The notes beneath the pieces are model-generated. The model saw only the letters and a program-made list of their open reading frames with translations. It was not told the origin of the DNA and made no database searches. This document shows, one piece after another, positions 14,333 through 28,403 of a DNA stretch of 64,000 nt; within the stretch, counting starts at the first letter, position 1; every line of letters begins with the position of its first letter. Position numbers and translations under genes: made by a program. Origin of the DNA: Chrysomallon squamiferum (taxonomy: Eukaryota; Animalia; Mollusca); the NCBI GenBank assembly GCA_012295275.1, contig CM022672.1:4216001-4280000 (forward strand). The letters run 5' to 3'.

Positions 14333-14800
14333 TTATACAGACATACCGTTAATTATACAGACATACTGTTAATTATACAGACATACTGTTAATTATACAG
14401 ACATACTGTTAATTATACAGACATACTGTTAATTATACAGACATACTGTTAATTATACTGACATACTGTTAATTATACAGACATACTGTTAATTATACTG
14501 ACATTACTTATACAGACATAATGTTAATTATATAGACATTACTTATACATACTGTTAATTACACAGACATAATGTTAATTATACAGACATAATGTTAATT
14601 ATACAGATATACTGTTAATTATACAGGCATTACTTATACAGACATATTGTTAATTATACAGACATAATATTAATTATACAGATATACTGTTAATTACACA
14701 GACATAATATTAATTATACAGATATACTGTTAATTACACAGACATAATATTAATTATACAGATATAATGTTAACTATACAGACATAGTGTTAATTATACA
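14333..14800. repeat. 20-bp minisatellite
   Basis: Unit TTATACAGACATACTGTTAA, more than 20 copies, degenerating rightwards. Confidence 0.95.
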
Positions 14801-16102
14801 TATTGATAAACACATTATTAACTTTTAACCATTCAGAAATATGATTAAACATTTACACACAACTCTTGTTGATTATACATATTGTAAATTGTGCAGAGAT
14901 GCTGTTGATTATACACACATTATTAATCATAAATAGTTAACTTAATAAACTTTTTATAATCCCAGAAAAGTACAGTTAATCATTAGTCATGGACATATTA
15001 TTGTCTACAGAAGCAGACACATTGTCTGTTGTAGCAGATGAATTGTTTAGCCTGGCTGACATATTGTCCATCCCAGCAGAATTGATCAATTAATTAAACA
15101 CTCGAAACCTGCTTACATCCACATTCGGTTCCTGGGTTTGCCCAGGGTTAGTATGTCAGAAGATTTAGTCAGAGGAGGAAGTGTGAAGGGATTTTACATC
15201 TTTATTAATTCTCACTTGTGCTTGATCCCAGTACCTGCCAGTCTAAAAGTTACTGGCTTAACCAGTGTGATATTAAGTGATGTACATTTGTATGGATGGA
15301 CATTTTTTTTTTGTGTGTGTGGACAGACGTCTGTTCGGATGTGTGGAAATATGCTGGTGTGTTTGATCATATGTAGCACTAAGACTGGTTTGTAACAGAA
15401 GTGTAGCCATATGTAGCAGATGATTTATTAAACTATAGTCAATGAGTGTTAATGGCAGGAAATATAATTAAAATAATGCTATAAACTCAGTGAGACATTA
15501 ATCATTAGAAATGCTAATTCTACTACATCTCCTTTTGTATACAGTAATCCGAATCAAAGTCTGAAAATTTCTTGATATTTTAATAAAAAATTATATTTAA
15601 AGGAAAAAATTTAATGACAAACAGATGGTCTTCTGGAGAGAACAATGAATTCATGGACAGATGAACGAAATAATACAAGGATGGATCAATAGATGCGTGG
15701 GTTAATGGACAGACGATCATTTTGGACAAATGTATGAGTTTACAGATGAACGGAAGTACAGAACATCGTAACTCGTTTTAACGTTAACCAAACTGAAATG
15801 AAGTGATATTAAAAAGATTTTTACAAATGAAATAAAACCAACAAGAAACTGATGCACACAAAAGACAAAGTCAAACGCGGGGAGTCAGCAAGCAGGGTAA
15901 CTCTAGACCATGGCTCCATTAACAGATTAAAACACTCCACTGCAAAAAAACACCAAAATTATTCACCCACATTGAAACTAGAGCCTGTTTATACAAATGA
16001 CAATATTTCCAAAAGAATTTTTTATACAGAAAAAAAAAGGGCAAAGCTAAAAAAAAAAAAAAAAAAAAGAGAAAAAGAGAAAAAATTATCAAAATTTACT
16101 CA

Positions 16103-16222
<120 letters not shown>

Positions 16223-16404
16223 TCATTCTGAGATGTTTCACATCATAGATAACCCGACAGAAAAGTGCTGTGATGAAAATGGATTTTCTAATTATCAACA
16301 ATTTCAAATACTGACTTAAAAAGGTTTTCAAAATCAAAAAGCTTAAAAGAAAATTAGTTTCAAGTGTGTCAGTCATTTGTTTCCATGTTATAATGCAAGT
16401 ACTA

Positions 16405-17762
16405 ATACAGAAACACAACACACACAAAAACATACATATATACAGAAACACAACACACAAAAAACATACATATATACAGAAACACAACACACACAAAAAC
16501 ATACATATATACAGAAACACAACACACACAAAAACATACATATATACAGAAACACAACACACACAAAAACATACATATATACAGATACATAGAAACACAC
16601 AAAACATATATACAGAAACACAAAAAAACAAAACATATATATACAGAAACACAACACACACAAAAACATACATATATACAGAAACAAACACAACACACAC
16701 AAAAACATACACAATATACATATAACACAACACACACACAAAACATACATATATACAGAAACACAACACACAAAAACATACATATATACAGAAAACACAA
16801 CACACACATATATACAGAAACACAAACAAAACATACATATATACAGAAACACAAAACACAACACAACACACACAAAAAACATATATATATATATACAGAA
16901 AAACACAACACACAAAAACATACATATATACAGAAAACACAACACACAGAAACACAACAACAGAAAAACATATATACAGAAACAACACAACACACAAAAA
17001 CATACATATATACAGAAACACAACACACACATATATACAGAAAACACAACACAAAAAACATACATATATACAGAAACACACATACATATATACAGAAAAA
17101 CACATATATACAGAAAACACAAAAACATACATATATACAGAAACACACACACACATATATACAGAAAAACATACATACATATATACAGAAACACAACACA
17201 CAAAAAAACATACACAAAAATATACAGAAACACAACACACAAAAACATACATATATACAGAAAAACACAAAAAACATACATATATACAGAAACACAACAA
17301 CAAAACATACATATATACAGAAACACAAAACAAAAACATATAAACACAAAACACAAAAACAAACACACAAAAACATACAGAAACACATACATATACAGAA
17401 ACACAACACACAAAAACATACATATATACAGAACACAAACACACACAAAAACATACATATATACAGAAACACACAACAAAACAAAAAACATATATACACA
17501 AAACAAAAATACACAAAACACAAACATATATATACAGAAACACAACACACACAAACATACATATATACAGAAACACACACACACACAAAACACAACACAC
17601 ACAAAACATACATATATACAGAAACACAACACACAAAAACATACATATATACAGAAACACAACACACACACAAACATACATATATACAGAAACACAACAC
17701 ACACACAAACATACATATACACAGAAACACAACACACACAAACATACATATATACAGAAACA
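16405..17762. repeat. Compound ~30-35-bp minisatellite, UG-rich on the NT5C2 sense strand
   Basis: Unit approximately ACATACATATATACAGAAACACAACACACAAAA. Source of the 464-518 aa C/V/F/Y/M ORFs. Confidence 0.95.
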
Positions 17763-19295
17763 TCATTATGCACATGGACAAAACACACAAACACATGGAC
17801 TCTGAAATTTCTTTTCTTACTTTATTGTGTAGTATTTGTTATATGTGTGTGTATCTGGTTAGTTATTGTTGTTTGTTTTTGTCTGGAGTCTGTCTGTCTG
17901 TGTGTACATGTGAGTGTGTATGCATGTGTTTATACGTATATATGTATGTATGTCTGTATATATATGTATATATATGTGTGTTGTGTGTGTGGCTGTGTAT
18001 GTATCTATGTATGATGTATATATCTATATCATGTATGTACATATGTTTATAAGTGTATATGTATATGTTTGTATGTGTGTGTGTGTATGTATGTGTGTAT
18101 GTGTAAGTATACAAACACATGCATGCTTTCAAACATTACTCACTCACACACGCACCCCCACACACACAGATGCACTCAGACATGTAGCCTTTCAAACAAT
18201 ACAAAGCTCAGACATTCTTTGCATGTTTTCAATAAGTCACAAATCATCTCCTACATTAAACAAATTTAAAATTCATTTAATGAAAGAGAAAAATGTTTTA
18301 TTGAAATGTTTTACTCCAGAATTTGCAACAGTTACACATACATATTCATAAGATCTTTTTTTTTCTTTATTTCAGACGTATTATTTTATTTTTTGTCCAT
18401 TTAGATGTTCTTTGCTTGATTTCCTAAGAGAAAAATTTGTATGCTTTTTGTCTGGTGAATCTGCTCATAAAAAACATCAACGGCTTTTTAGCAAAGTGTC
18501 GTAACAGATGAGTTTTACAGAGTTTTTTTTATAACGGCCCAAGTGCAGAAAGTTTTAAAAAGAGAGATAGGGACAGAGAGAGAGAAATAGAGAGGAGAAG
18601 AGGACAGAAATAGTGAGAGTGACAGAGGGAAAGAAAGAGAGAAAGAGCAGCAAAGAGAGAGAGAAAGAGACAGAAAGAAAGAGAGAGGGACAGATGGAGA
18701 AGGATGGAAAGAAAGAGACAATGAGAAAATGAATGAGAAAACAGGAGACAAACAGCAGCAGGAAGAGTGGGGGGTGACAGAAGGTGAAGGAAGGATAGGA
18801 AGAGAGACAGTGAATGAAACAGAAAGAGACAGAGGGAGATGAGGGATTAGAAAATGAGAGAAAAGAGAGACTAAAACAGACACATGGAGAGTGATTCAGG
18901 GCCAGAAAGAGAGAAATAAAATAGCAGAAGGATAAGGGAAATGGAAAAACAGAGAAAGAGAGAAACTGTGACACAGAAATGGAGAGAAGACAAGAGAGAG
19001 AGAGAAAGGAAGAATGATATGACAGAGAAAAAGAGGTAAGTTAGAAACAAAAGAAAGAAAAGAAAAAAAAAACCACCCGTAACTCAGTCAAGGTCATTCT
19101 TTGATCAATTCTTTTCAGCCCACTCTTTGGGCTATTTCCAGTTCCAACCAACGATCCTAAGGTTAGCAACAACAAGAACAACAACAAAAACAACAACAAC
19201 AATAATAATAAACATGATAGCCAGTTGCTCAAAGATCAGATCTAATCAAAGTCACATTGTTCTATTTTCCATTCTAACCCAGTTCCCAATCCAAT

Positions 19296-19800
19296 AGCTG
19301 TGGTACATACCATTCAGTCTATAGAACCATGCATCTCAAACATACAGCTGTGGTACATACCATTCAGTCTATAGAAACATGCATCTCAAACATACAGCTG
19401 TGGTACATAGCATTCAGTCTATAGAACCATGCATCTCAAACATACAGCTGTGGTACATACCATTCAGTCTATAGAAACATGCATCTCAAACATACAGCTG
19501 TGGTACATAGCATTCAGTCTATAGAACCATGCATCTCAAACATACAGCTGTGGTACATAGCATTCAGTCTATAGAAACATGCATCTCAAACATACAGCTG
19601 TGGTACATACCATTCAGTCTATAGAAACATGCATCTCAAACATACAGCTGTGGTACATAGCATTCAGTCTATAGAACCATGCATCTCAAACATACAGCTG
19701 TGGTACATACCATTCAGTCTATAGAACCATGCATCTCAAACATACAGCTGTGGTACATACCATTCAGTCTATAGAACCATGCATCTCAAACATACAGCTG
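19296..19800. repeat. 50-bp minisatellite, 10 copies
   Basis: Unit AGCTGTGGTACATA[C/G]CATTCAGTCTATAGAA[C/A]CATGCATCTCAAACATAC. Only two variable positions. Confidence 0.98.
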
Positions 19801-20029
19801 CTAACACAGAAATGTAGAGGATTTATTCTGACAACTGAATATGATAACAAATGGAAGTCTGACACCCAGCAGTTGAAGAAAAACCAATGTAGTCGACTAG
19901 CATTGTTAAACAAAACATTTTGAAATTTTTTATGAAATTAAAATATGGTGGGACTGAATTTATGTTTAGAATCTGATACTGACTGTATATATAAAAATGT
20001 ATTTTCTACAGATATGTAACATTTGTCAT

Positions 20030-20220
20030 TAAACTACAGGTGCAATACACCTGTAATTGAACAACAGATACAACACACCTGTAATTAAACTACAACACAC
20101 CTGTAATTAAACTACAACACAACTGTAATTAAACTACAACACACCTGTAATTAAACTACAGGTACAACACACCTGTAATTAAACTACAGATACAACACAC
20201 CTGTAATTAAACTACAACAC
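20030..20220. repeat. ~21-27-bp tandem repeat
   Basis: Unit CAACACACCTGTAATTAAACTA(CAGATA), about 7 copies. Confidence 0.9.
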
Positions 20221-20805
20221 TTGTTTTACATATAAATAATTTTCATGCCATGGACACCATACTTGCACTTTAGTTAAACTTTTACAATTATTTTATTTAA
20301 CAACATATTCAACATATTTTTGATGTACACACATACATCATGAATATATGGTAAAGACTGTATATTATTTCAGTGTCATATATTTGAATTGTCATTTAAA
20401 ACTCATATGTACCATTTTTACGAAAACACAAACACATAAATCAGTCCAACTTCAAAATGTTTTCAACTCAAAGGTAAAAATAATATTCTTTAAATTTTAA
20501 ATTTCTTTCCTTTCTTTCATTCTTTTTTTTTTTTTTTTTTTTTTTTTTTTGAAAGTTCAAGAGATCAAACAGGAAATACATTCAGCCATGATAAAAAAAA
20601 ATAATAAAATAAAAAAAATAAAAGCATGTGCGCAATATAAAGTTAATTATGATTCCAAGTACACATCTTCTGCATCAGTGAAAGCACTTAGAATTTTACA
20701 TCCATTTCTGTTACCCTTATAAACTAGGTTTTAATGTATGCTGGAAACATTAATATTAATTTTGTAATCACTTCCAGGTGCTACACGCGTATTCTGCAGT
20801 CTTAC

Positions 20806-20923
20806 CTTATTGGGAAGGTCGGGTCATACTCGAAGTCGTTTATTGGCTCTGGGTATCCAATGGCAACCAGACGATTCTTCATCAGGTTGAAGCCGAGAGA
20901 TTCATATTCGGGAGATTTATAAA
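20806..20923 (-). CDS. NT5C2: NT5C2 coding exon
   Basis: ttttcag|...|gtaaga, 118 nt. Encodes (V)[38 protein letters not shown](R), versus human [39 protein letters not shown]. Confidence 0.97.
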
Positions 20924-23267
20924 CTGAAAATCAAAAATTATATATTAAATGTTTATAAGATTTAAAGTTAAAAACTTTAAAAAACAGGTATTAATGTAAA
21001 TCTCTGGTAATGTTTGTTTACCTGCATTACAGGTAAGTAAGTGTATGACTGATGGACCATCAGGTTACTTCTTGTTTTGTAATATCATAAAAAAAACAAA
21101 AAAAATGGCTTCTTTCATACATTGCCATGAATTTTTTATAATATCATCATCATCATCCTTTGTCATTAGCAAAATTTCATTGCAGGTCTAAAAAACAAAA
21201 CAATGAAAAACAATTAAAAAGTCACGTTGAGGAATTTAAAAAATATATATATAGTGAATGGGAATTTTAAAATAAATTATGAGATCTGTAAATAAATAAA
21301 TAAATCTAAATTTGCAAAAATAAAAATTAAAACAATGCTGTCTTGGTAATAAATAATAAATAATAATTTATAAATCTTGCATCAAGGAGATATGCACAGA
21401 TAATCTAAATAATGTTGCCGATGCTGAACAATTCATTTTAAATCATTTGATCTATTTATAACATTGAAATTTTGCACTCGTATTAGTCATATCCAAGAGT
21501 TCCAAAATAGCAAAGGTAAGTGATGAAAATATCCAATAAGCATTGTTTTAAGTTGTTCAAATAAAAACAAGAACCAGATACTCTAACTAAAAATAATTTT
21601 AATATTCTTTAATATTCATTTACATCCATCATCCTCTAACAACAAAAACAAAATATGTTTTAGCCTTGATAATTCTGGCACGTGGATGCATTTTTAATTT
21701 ATTTTATTATCATTTTATATCCTGCAGTTTATGCAGCAGAGTGTTCTAGAATATCATGATTTGACTGAGCTGTATTCTTCATGGAACTGGTAATAATGGC
21801 AAACATACAATTTCTCTAAATCATTTTATTATTATTTTATACTCTGGTACGGGTTTTTAGGTTTTTTGGGGGGGTGTTTTGTGCATTTTTGTGGTTTTCT
21901 AAGTGTATATGTCAGATTTTTTTTTTTTTTTTAAAGAAGACAATGAAACAAACATGGAGGAAAGTCACCTGACTAGACTAGAATTGTTACTTTGTGGAGC
22001 CAAGCTAAATTATGCCAAGAAACAGTTGACTGGGATGTACACGGTGCACCAACATGGTAGCCAGAAAGAGAAGAGTTTTGATGAGTACCTCTGTGCAGAG
22101 AGAAAAGAGAAAAGATTTTTACAGCTTAATTGAGCATAAATAACATTTTTGGCAAGGCACCACGAGGTTCAAGTTGAAAAGGAAAATAAACCTGTATTTT
22201 TGTCATGATGACCCTGGAAATGTTTATTAAATTCCAGAGCTGTTTTTCTTGGCAAAGTTTTAATTGAAATTTTATTACCTTCTGAGATTATTATTTCATT
22301 TGTTGGTTTGTTTTGTAAGAAGAGCTTTTTTTTTTTTTGGTTTTGTTTTGGGGGAGGGATGTTTGCTGTTTGTCATTTTTTTTTTTTTTAAATTAAGGAC
22401 ATATGTAACATCTTCAACATGAGACTCTTCTCAACTAGAACTACAAGAGCAGTCACTTTCCCTGGATCTGATGTAGTGTTTAGTAAATGAAGTCTGTAAA
22501 ATGGAAGTTTTGAAATGTTTTATTGCCACAATTATGACTATATATAAAAAATGTTTATTATTTTGTTAGCAAACAAATATAATAAAAGACATTTTAGTTA
22601 ATTTATTTGACTTTATTACATTAAATGACAAATAAATATCCAAGCAAATGCCTTTTTCTCTCTTCATCTCCTGTTTCTTTCTCTCTTTGTTTTTTTTTTT
22701 TTTTTTTTCACTTTTCTCATTTTTTTTTTCTTTTTGTTTCACTCTCTGATTCTCCCACTTACTTTCTATATCTCTTTCTGAAAAAAGGTGGTTACCATCA
22801 TACCATAAACTACCACTTGATCTGAAATTAGACCAGATTCCGTCAGCAGAATTCACCTTTACCAGGTGAGATAACGACAACACACCTGAGTCAGCTATTG
22901 TTAAGTCATCTGCTTGAGAATGCCAGCTTTTTTTACCTTTGTGTGTAGGAAGTGTTCTGTAAGGTTCTCATAACATGTAGCCATATTGTTCCTTTCACCC
23001 ACACACTTGGTAAGGCGTGGCTCCCTTTATTTCCCTTTATATTGTGTTTTTATATTTTTATTTATTTGTTTGTTTAAATAAATAAATATATAGATATATA
23101 TATTTATATATTTTTTATTATTATATTATTGTTGTTGTTATTGCTGTTTTTGTTATTATTATTATTATTAATTTATTTTTATTTTTATTTTATTACTTAT
23201 TTATTTATTATCATTTTTATACATTTTTTAAAATAATTTTTCAATAATTTTTTTTATTTTATTATTT

Positions 23268-23300
<33 letters not shown>

Positions 23301-25736
23301 TATTATTATTTATTATTTTCATTTTTATTTTTTTTATTTAATCATCTCTAATCTGTTTCTGCTGTTTATGCTGTCACAGCTCAGAATTAGATGGATGATA
23401 ATTCATTTCACTGATGTCTTAATCTCAACAGGAAACTGCATTATTCAAGTTTAATAATAGTAATAGCAATAATAATAATGAAAAAACAAAATGACAGTAT
23501 TAACAATATCACATAATAACAAGAATAATAAAATATTATCAACAATAATAATTTTAAAAAATGGTCATGATAAAAAATAATTTAATAATAACAACAGCTA
23601 CAACAACAGTAATAAATTTACTTTTATTTAATTTGATCCATGTTTCATAACACAAAAAGTAGCTTTCTGCTCTAACTTTTATTTAAAAAAAATATTTATA
23701 CTTTATTTCCTTTCCTTTCATAGTATTATTACATGTAATAAATCATTTTACATTATTCAGTCCCATAGTAAAAATATTAAATAATAGAACAAAAATACAG
23801 TTTTTATTATTTATTTTATTATTATTTTTTTTATAATATTATCCCCTTTTCTGTGTTGTTACACAAATGTCAAACAGCTGCTTCAAAAAAATTTAAACAA
23901 AAATTCTTTGACTTTTTGTGAAAGCTCCAATTTATGGCTTTTCCAATGAAGTATGTTACTATGGCAACATGTCAATACGGGGTATGTACCTGCATAACTT
24001 ATGTTTTGGCGCCAAAATGACAGGATGTTCTTTTTAATTTCTTGTGTAGCAGGTATGAATAAAAATGAATGAAAAACAGATCAAATAAATGTGGTTTTTT
24101 TTTACAATCAGTCAAGGTTGAATGTAGAAAGGTATTATGGGTACTTTTCTTTGTTTGGAGATAAAAGTTTCACAGTTTGTTATGTATGCTGAAATTTATG
24201 TGTGTGTGTGTGTGTGTGTGTGCATGCATGCATGCATTTATGTCTGTAAAACTACAAAGCACACACAAATATTACAAATAACAAGTAAAAACCTAAAAAC
24301 AGACCCAAACACACAGATGTGCAAAAACAACAAAAAAAAAAAAAACATTAAAAAAATAAATAATAACAAAATTCAAATTACAGTCTTATTCATACATCTA
24401 GTCCTTTCCATTTTAAATAAAAGAAAATTAAAAAAACAAAAAACAAAACAAACCAAAATATTTTTAAAATTTTAAAAAGTAAAACATTTACTAAAATTCT
24501 TATACCTCATCCAAAATTACTTATAATAATAATGATGATGATGATAATGATAATGATGATTTTGATGATAATGACGTAAAGACAAAAAAAGAAAAAATCA
24601 AAAAGACATAACATTATTATTGTCAAGAACAAGCTCTTAAGGTTTTACTGCAAAATGGAGTATGCATTCAGATCTTTAAAAAAAAAAAAAAAAAAAAAAT
24701 ATTTCCTCAAGAGAATTCTTCACTGAACAAAAATCACACCACACTGAAGTGATTTCTTGTAAAAAAAAAAACTGCTTAGAAACAACCAACAGAACAAATA
24801 CAGCTTTACTTTCATCCTGTCACACAAATATGTAAAAAAAAATAACCCTAGATATGAACAGGCAATTTTCTTTTATTTCAAAAAATAAAAATAGAAAAAA
24901 GGTTGAGAAAAAGAAAAAAGATGTTTGGGAAAAAGCACCCATTTGTTGAAAAGAGGCTATATAATTTATCAGCCATTACGTACGTCAGTTATGAAAAGAC
25001 AGCCGATTGGTTTTGTACACGCTGATTGTAGGCCTGTCTTATTGTGAGGCGAGATTGTTTGATTTTTTTTTTTGTCATAAGCATTCTATCCACACAGGAT
25101 GTGGGCTGTTTGATAAGTTATGTACCAACATGGCCGCTAATCTGCTTACATTGATCACTGGCGAAACTGAAGTGGGAGAAAAAGGGTGGCAGAGATAAGC
25201 CTGTGGAAACCGTAGGGAAAGATGGATGAATGCATTGATGAGAAAAAGTAGATGAATAGATGGATGATGGGGAAGGGGTGTGTGTATATATATATATACA
25301 CACTGGCTGATGGGTGGTTGTTTCAAAGATGGAAGATGATGGGTGCATTGGAAAAGAGTTGGCGACTGCACAGATGGTTACAGCATGAATACTGGGTGGA
25401 GACTGGATAAATGGGGTGGTGCAGGCTAAAGGGTAGTTTCTTTAAAGGTGGAAGATGATGGGTGATTACATCAGTGGGGGTTAATAAAGTAGATGGTGGG
25501 GAAGAATGGTTCAGTGAGTGAAAGGAAGAAAGTGCATGCACAGAACAATGAGGAAAGACTATGGTATAAATAAAAGAGGTGGTCATTAAATGAACACTGG
25601 ATGGTCAACTGGTCATAAGATAATTAAATGAATAACTGGACATGTGACTGGATGATCAAATAGGGGTTGATGGACAGAAAGTTGGCCAAATGGATGAATG
25701 GTGTTTTACCATTAAGTTTCATGCTACATTCTCCAA

Positions 25737-25770
<34 letters not shown>

Positions 25771-27495
25771 AAATTAGTGACATAACATCTACAAAAGCAG
25801 GGTGTGAAAGCGTGATAGTAGGGAACTTTTTAAAAAATAAAGATAAAATAATAATTGTAAAATAAGAGAAAAAAAAAACACTGCAAGAAATAATGAAGAC
25901 ATCCCAGAAAGAGAATTAAATAAACAAATGTAAATCAACACTGACCAAACGTCACAAACAACAGAAAAACACACCTGGGGATGTCATGTGAAAATTTATT
26001 TAAATTTGAAAACCAAATCTGTACCAAAAGGTTTTCTGTGTTTTTGTTATAATTTCCTTTAACTTTTCAAAAATATCTTTTTCATAGATAATTATAAATT
26101 GTGTTGGAACGTGAAAATTATAAGAATAAATATCACTCAGGCTGATTTCTACATATTTCTTTGAGGGTTTTCTTTTTTCACACTATCACTAACTGCCCTC
26201 TTTTTGTCTGTTTTTATCTTTTTCTATTTGTAAGACATGTTACAACTGGGGAAAAGAAATTACAACAAATAAACAACATTACAGATAAAAAGATTTTTTC
26301 ATTGCCATTTTCTTTTTTTATTCCATTTTTTTTATTCCCCCCTCTTTCCTTCTCTTAGGGAAGACAACTAAATTAACTGAAACATTAGGCAAAAGAAATT
26401 AAACAAACAAACAACATTTAAAGATTAAAAGCATGAACAACACTTGGGGCAGGAACAGATATCGTCTTTTTTTTTTTTTTTTTTTTTTCACTTTCTTCTT
26501 CTCTGTACTCTCTTTACATATATAACAATAAAATGCATTGAAACATTAGGAATTATTCAACATAATCGCTAACACGAATCACAGCCTCGTATCTGCTCTA
26601 AAACCTGATGCGATAATTCTCAAACTGTTTCCCTGAGGTGACATGAAGGAACTCGGAGAAAATTGGCACAAATTACAGTCGGGGATCTGTTCTCCCAGTT
26701 GGCCTGCAGTATCGGCTTCACTCACAGCAATATCAGCCAGACTCACACCCATCTGCAGTGGGCATTAAGCCATTCTCATCAAAGGCTTTCTTTGTGGTTT
26801 AATATCCTTGCCGATTCCAGTTTAATAATGGAAATAAACATCTCAAGAAAACTGCCGCTTCAAGTTGTTGTACATTGGAGACATGGAATTTACATTGGAG
26901 ACATGGAATTTACATCATGCAATTCTGCATGGACAAAAAAAAAGAAACGCTTTTGAAACTTGCTGTAAGTCTGAGTCTAGCAGTTGCTGCTTTAGCTGAA
27001 GTTTACAGTGTTGAGAAACATAGATTTTTTTTTTTTTTTTAAAAGTGCCATTTACATCTGCTTCGTATTCAAGTAGTCGTGTAAAACAGGAATGAGTAAG
27101 TTTTAAAAATGTTGATTTTTGTGTATGTCTGAGTTAAGAATATATATATATATATACACACATACATAAAACACTTGGGGAAATTGAAAGTGCAGGTGCA
27201 GCAAGAAAAAAGCTACAAAAAAACGTTTGGTGTAAATGGATTTCAATTTAAAGGTTCATTTACACAAATACATATATGCACTCACACAGACATTCACATG
27301 CATACACACAACACACATATAAACCCAAACATACACACACACACATGCATTCTTATACCCTCCCACACACACATTCAAACACACCCACACCCACACACAT
27401 AGGCATACACATCCATAAACACTCAAATACACATCAATGACTGTTTGAATATGTGTGTGTGTGCATGTAATTATCCCACTGCACATTCACTTAAT

Positions 27496-27715
27496 GGAGA
27501 TAAGCTGTAGCTCAGTGGTTAGAGTGCACATCAAAAAATAACTGTTCAAAGAATTGATCAGTCACAGTGAGAGCTAAAGGAATCACACAAAAAAGAAAGA
27601 ACAAGATATCTCTGTTCCATGTCTGATTATAAGTGCTTTCCTGTGTGTTGGAAGGTGCACATAATTTTTTTTTTACTGCTAACTGAATAGAGTTGATTAT
27701 GGAATGGCAGTTCTG
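27496..27715 (+). mobile_element. Decayed tRNA-derived SINE
   Basis: A-box-like head TAGCTCAGTGGTTAGAGTGC (27508-27527) without a full cloverleaf. The downstream GTGCTTTCCTGTGTGTTGGAAGGTGCAC...TACTGCTAACTGAATAGAGT resembles, from memory, the core of gastropod tRNA-SINEs. Confidence 0.5.
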
Positions 27716-27743
27716 ATTTTCATTTCTTATACTATTAGTATCT

Positions 27744-27860
27744 GTATTCAGAATAACAAATGATTCATTCATAATAGTAGTTAATATTAAAAATGTGATT
27801 AAAAAAACATTATTAAATGTATATTCATTTCTTTTCAAACACCTACATTCAAATACACAA
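27744..27860 (+). repeat. Dispersed ~110-bp repeat, copy 1 (copy 2 at 38786-38890)
   Basis: GTATTCAGAATAACAAATGATT..TTCATAA.AGTAGTTAATATTAAAAATGTGA...CAAACACCTACATT shared by both copies, each followed by CA-rich sequence. Confidence 0.85.
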
Positions 27861-28250
27861 CCAAATTCACAAACACACACACACACTCACAGAAACACAC
27901 ACAGAAACACACACACAGAAACACACACACACATACACATACATACACACATACACACACACACACACACACATACATACATCCATACAGACATCCATAC
28001 CTATAATCTTTTTATTAGTTTTCATTTTTTTCTTTGAAAATCAATTTTTAGATCTGTTAGGTGGTCAAAGTGATTTCATATTCTAACAACTGGAAATCAA
28101 TAATCAATTATCATGCTAGAAGAACTGACACTCAAAGGGTTACTACACTCAGGTGTGCTAAACGACAGGTAATAACTGCTTGTAAACAGGGAACAAGGTA
28201 AACCAGGTGAACTGAAAAAACATATCTGTCAAATCTGTTTAGTGATGTCC

Positions 28251-28403
28251 AACTGTACAAGTTAATGAAAAACAATAATGATCTAAGTAGAGATTAACTG
28301 TACAAGTTAATGAAAAACAATAATGTTCTAAGTAGAGATTAACTGTACAAGTTAATGAAAAACAATAATGATCTAAGTAGAGATTAACTGTACAAGTTAA
28401 TGA
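28251..28403. repeat. 45-bp tandem repeat, ~3.4 copies
   Basis: Unit AACTGTACAAGTTAATGAAAAACAATAATG[A/T]TCTAAGTAGAGATT starting at 28251, 28296, 28341 and 28386. Confidence 0.95.

Noticed and set aside
19296-19800. CRISPR-like regular array
   Set aside because: Head-to-tail identical units with no unique spacers, no cas genes, and a eukaryotic context.
20734-20922. Plus-strand 62-aa ORF (similarly 35421-35621 and 15852-16208)
   Set aside because: Antisense shadows of real NT5C2 exons.
27504-27570. Possible tRNA gene
   Set aside because: Only an A-box-like head, with no anticodon arm, T arm or acceptor pairing. Treated as a SINE remnant.
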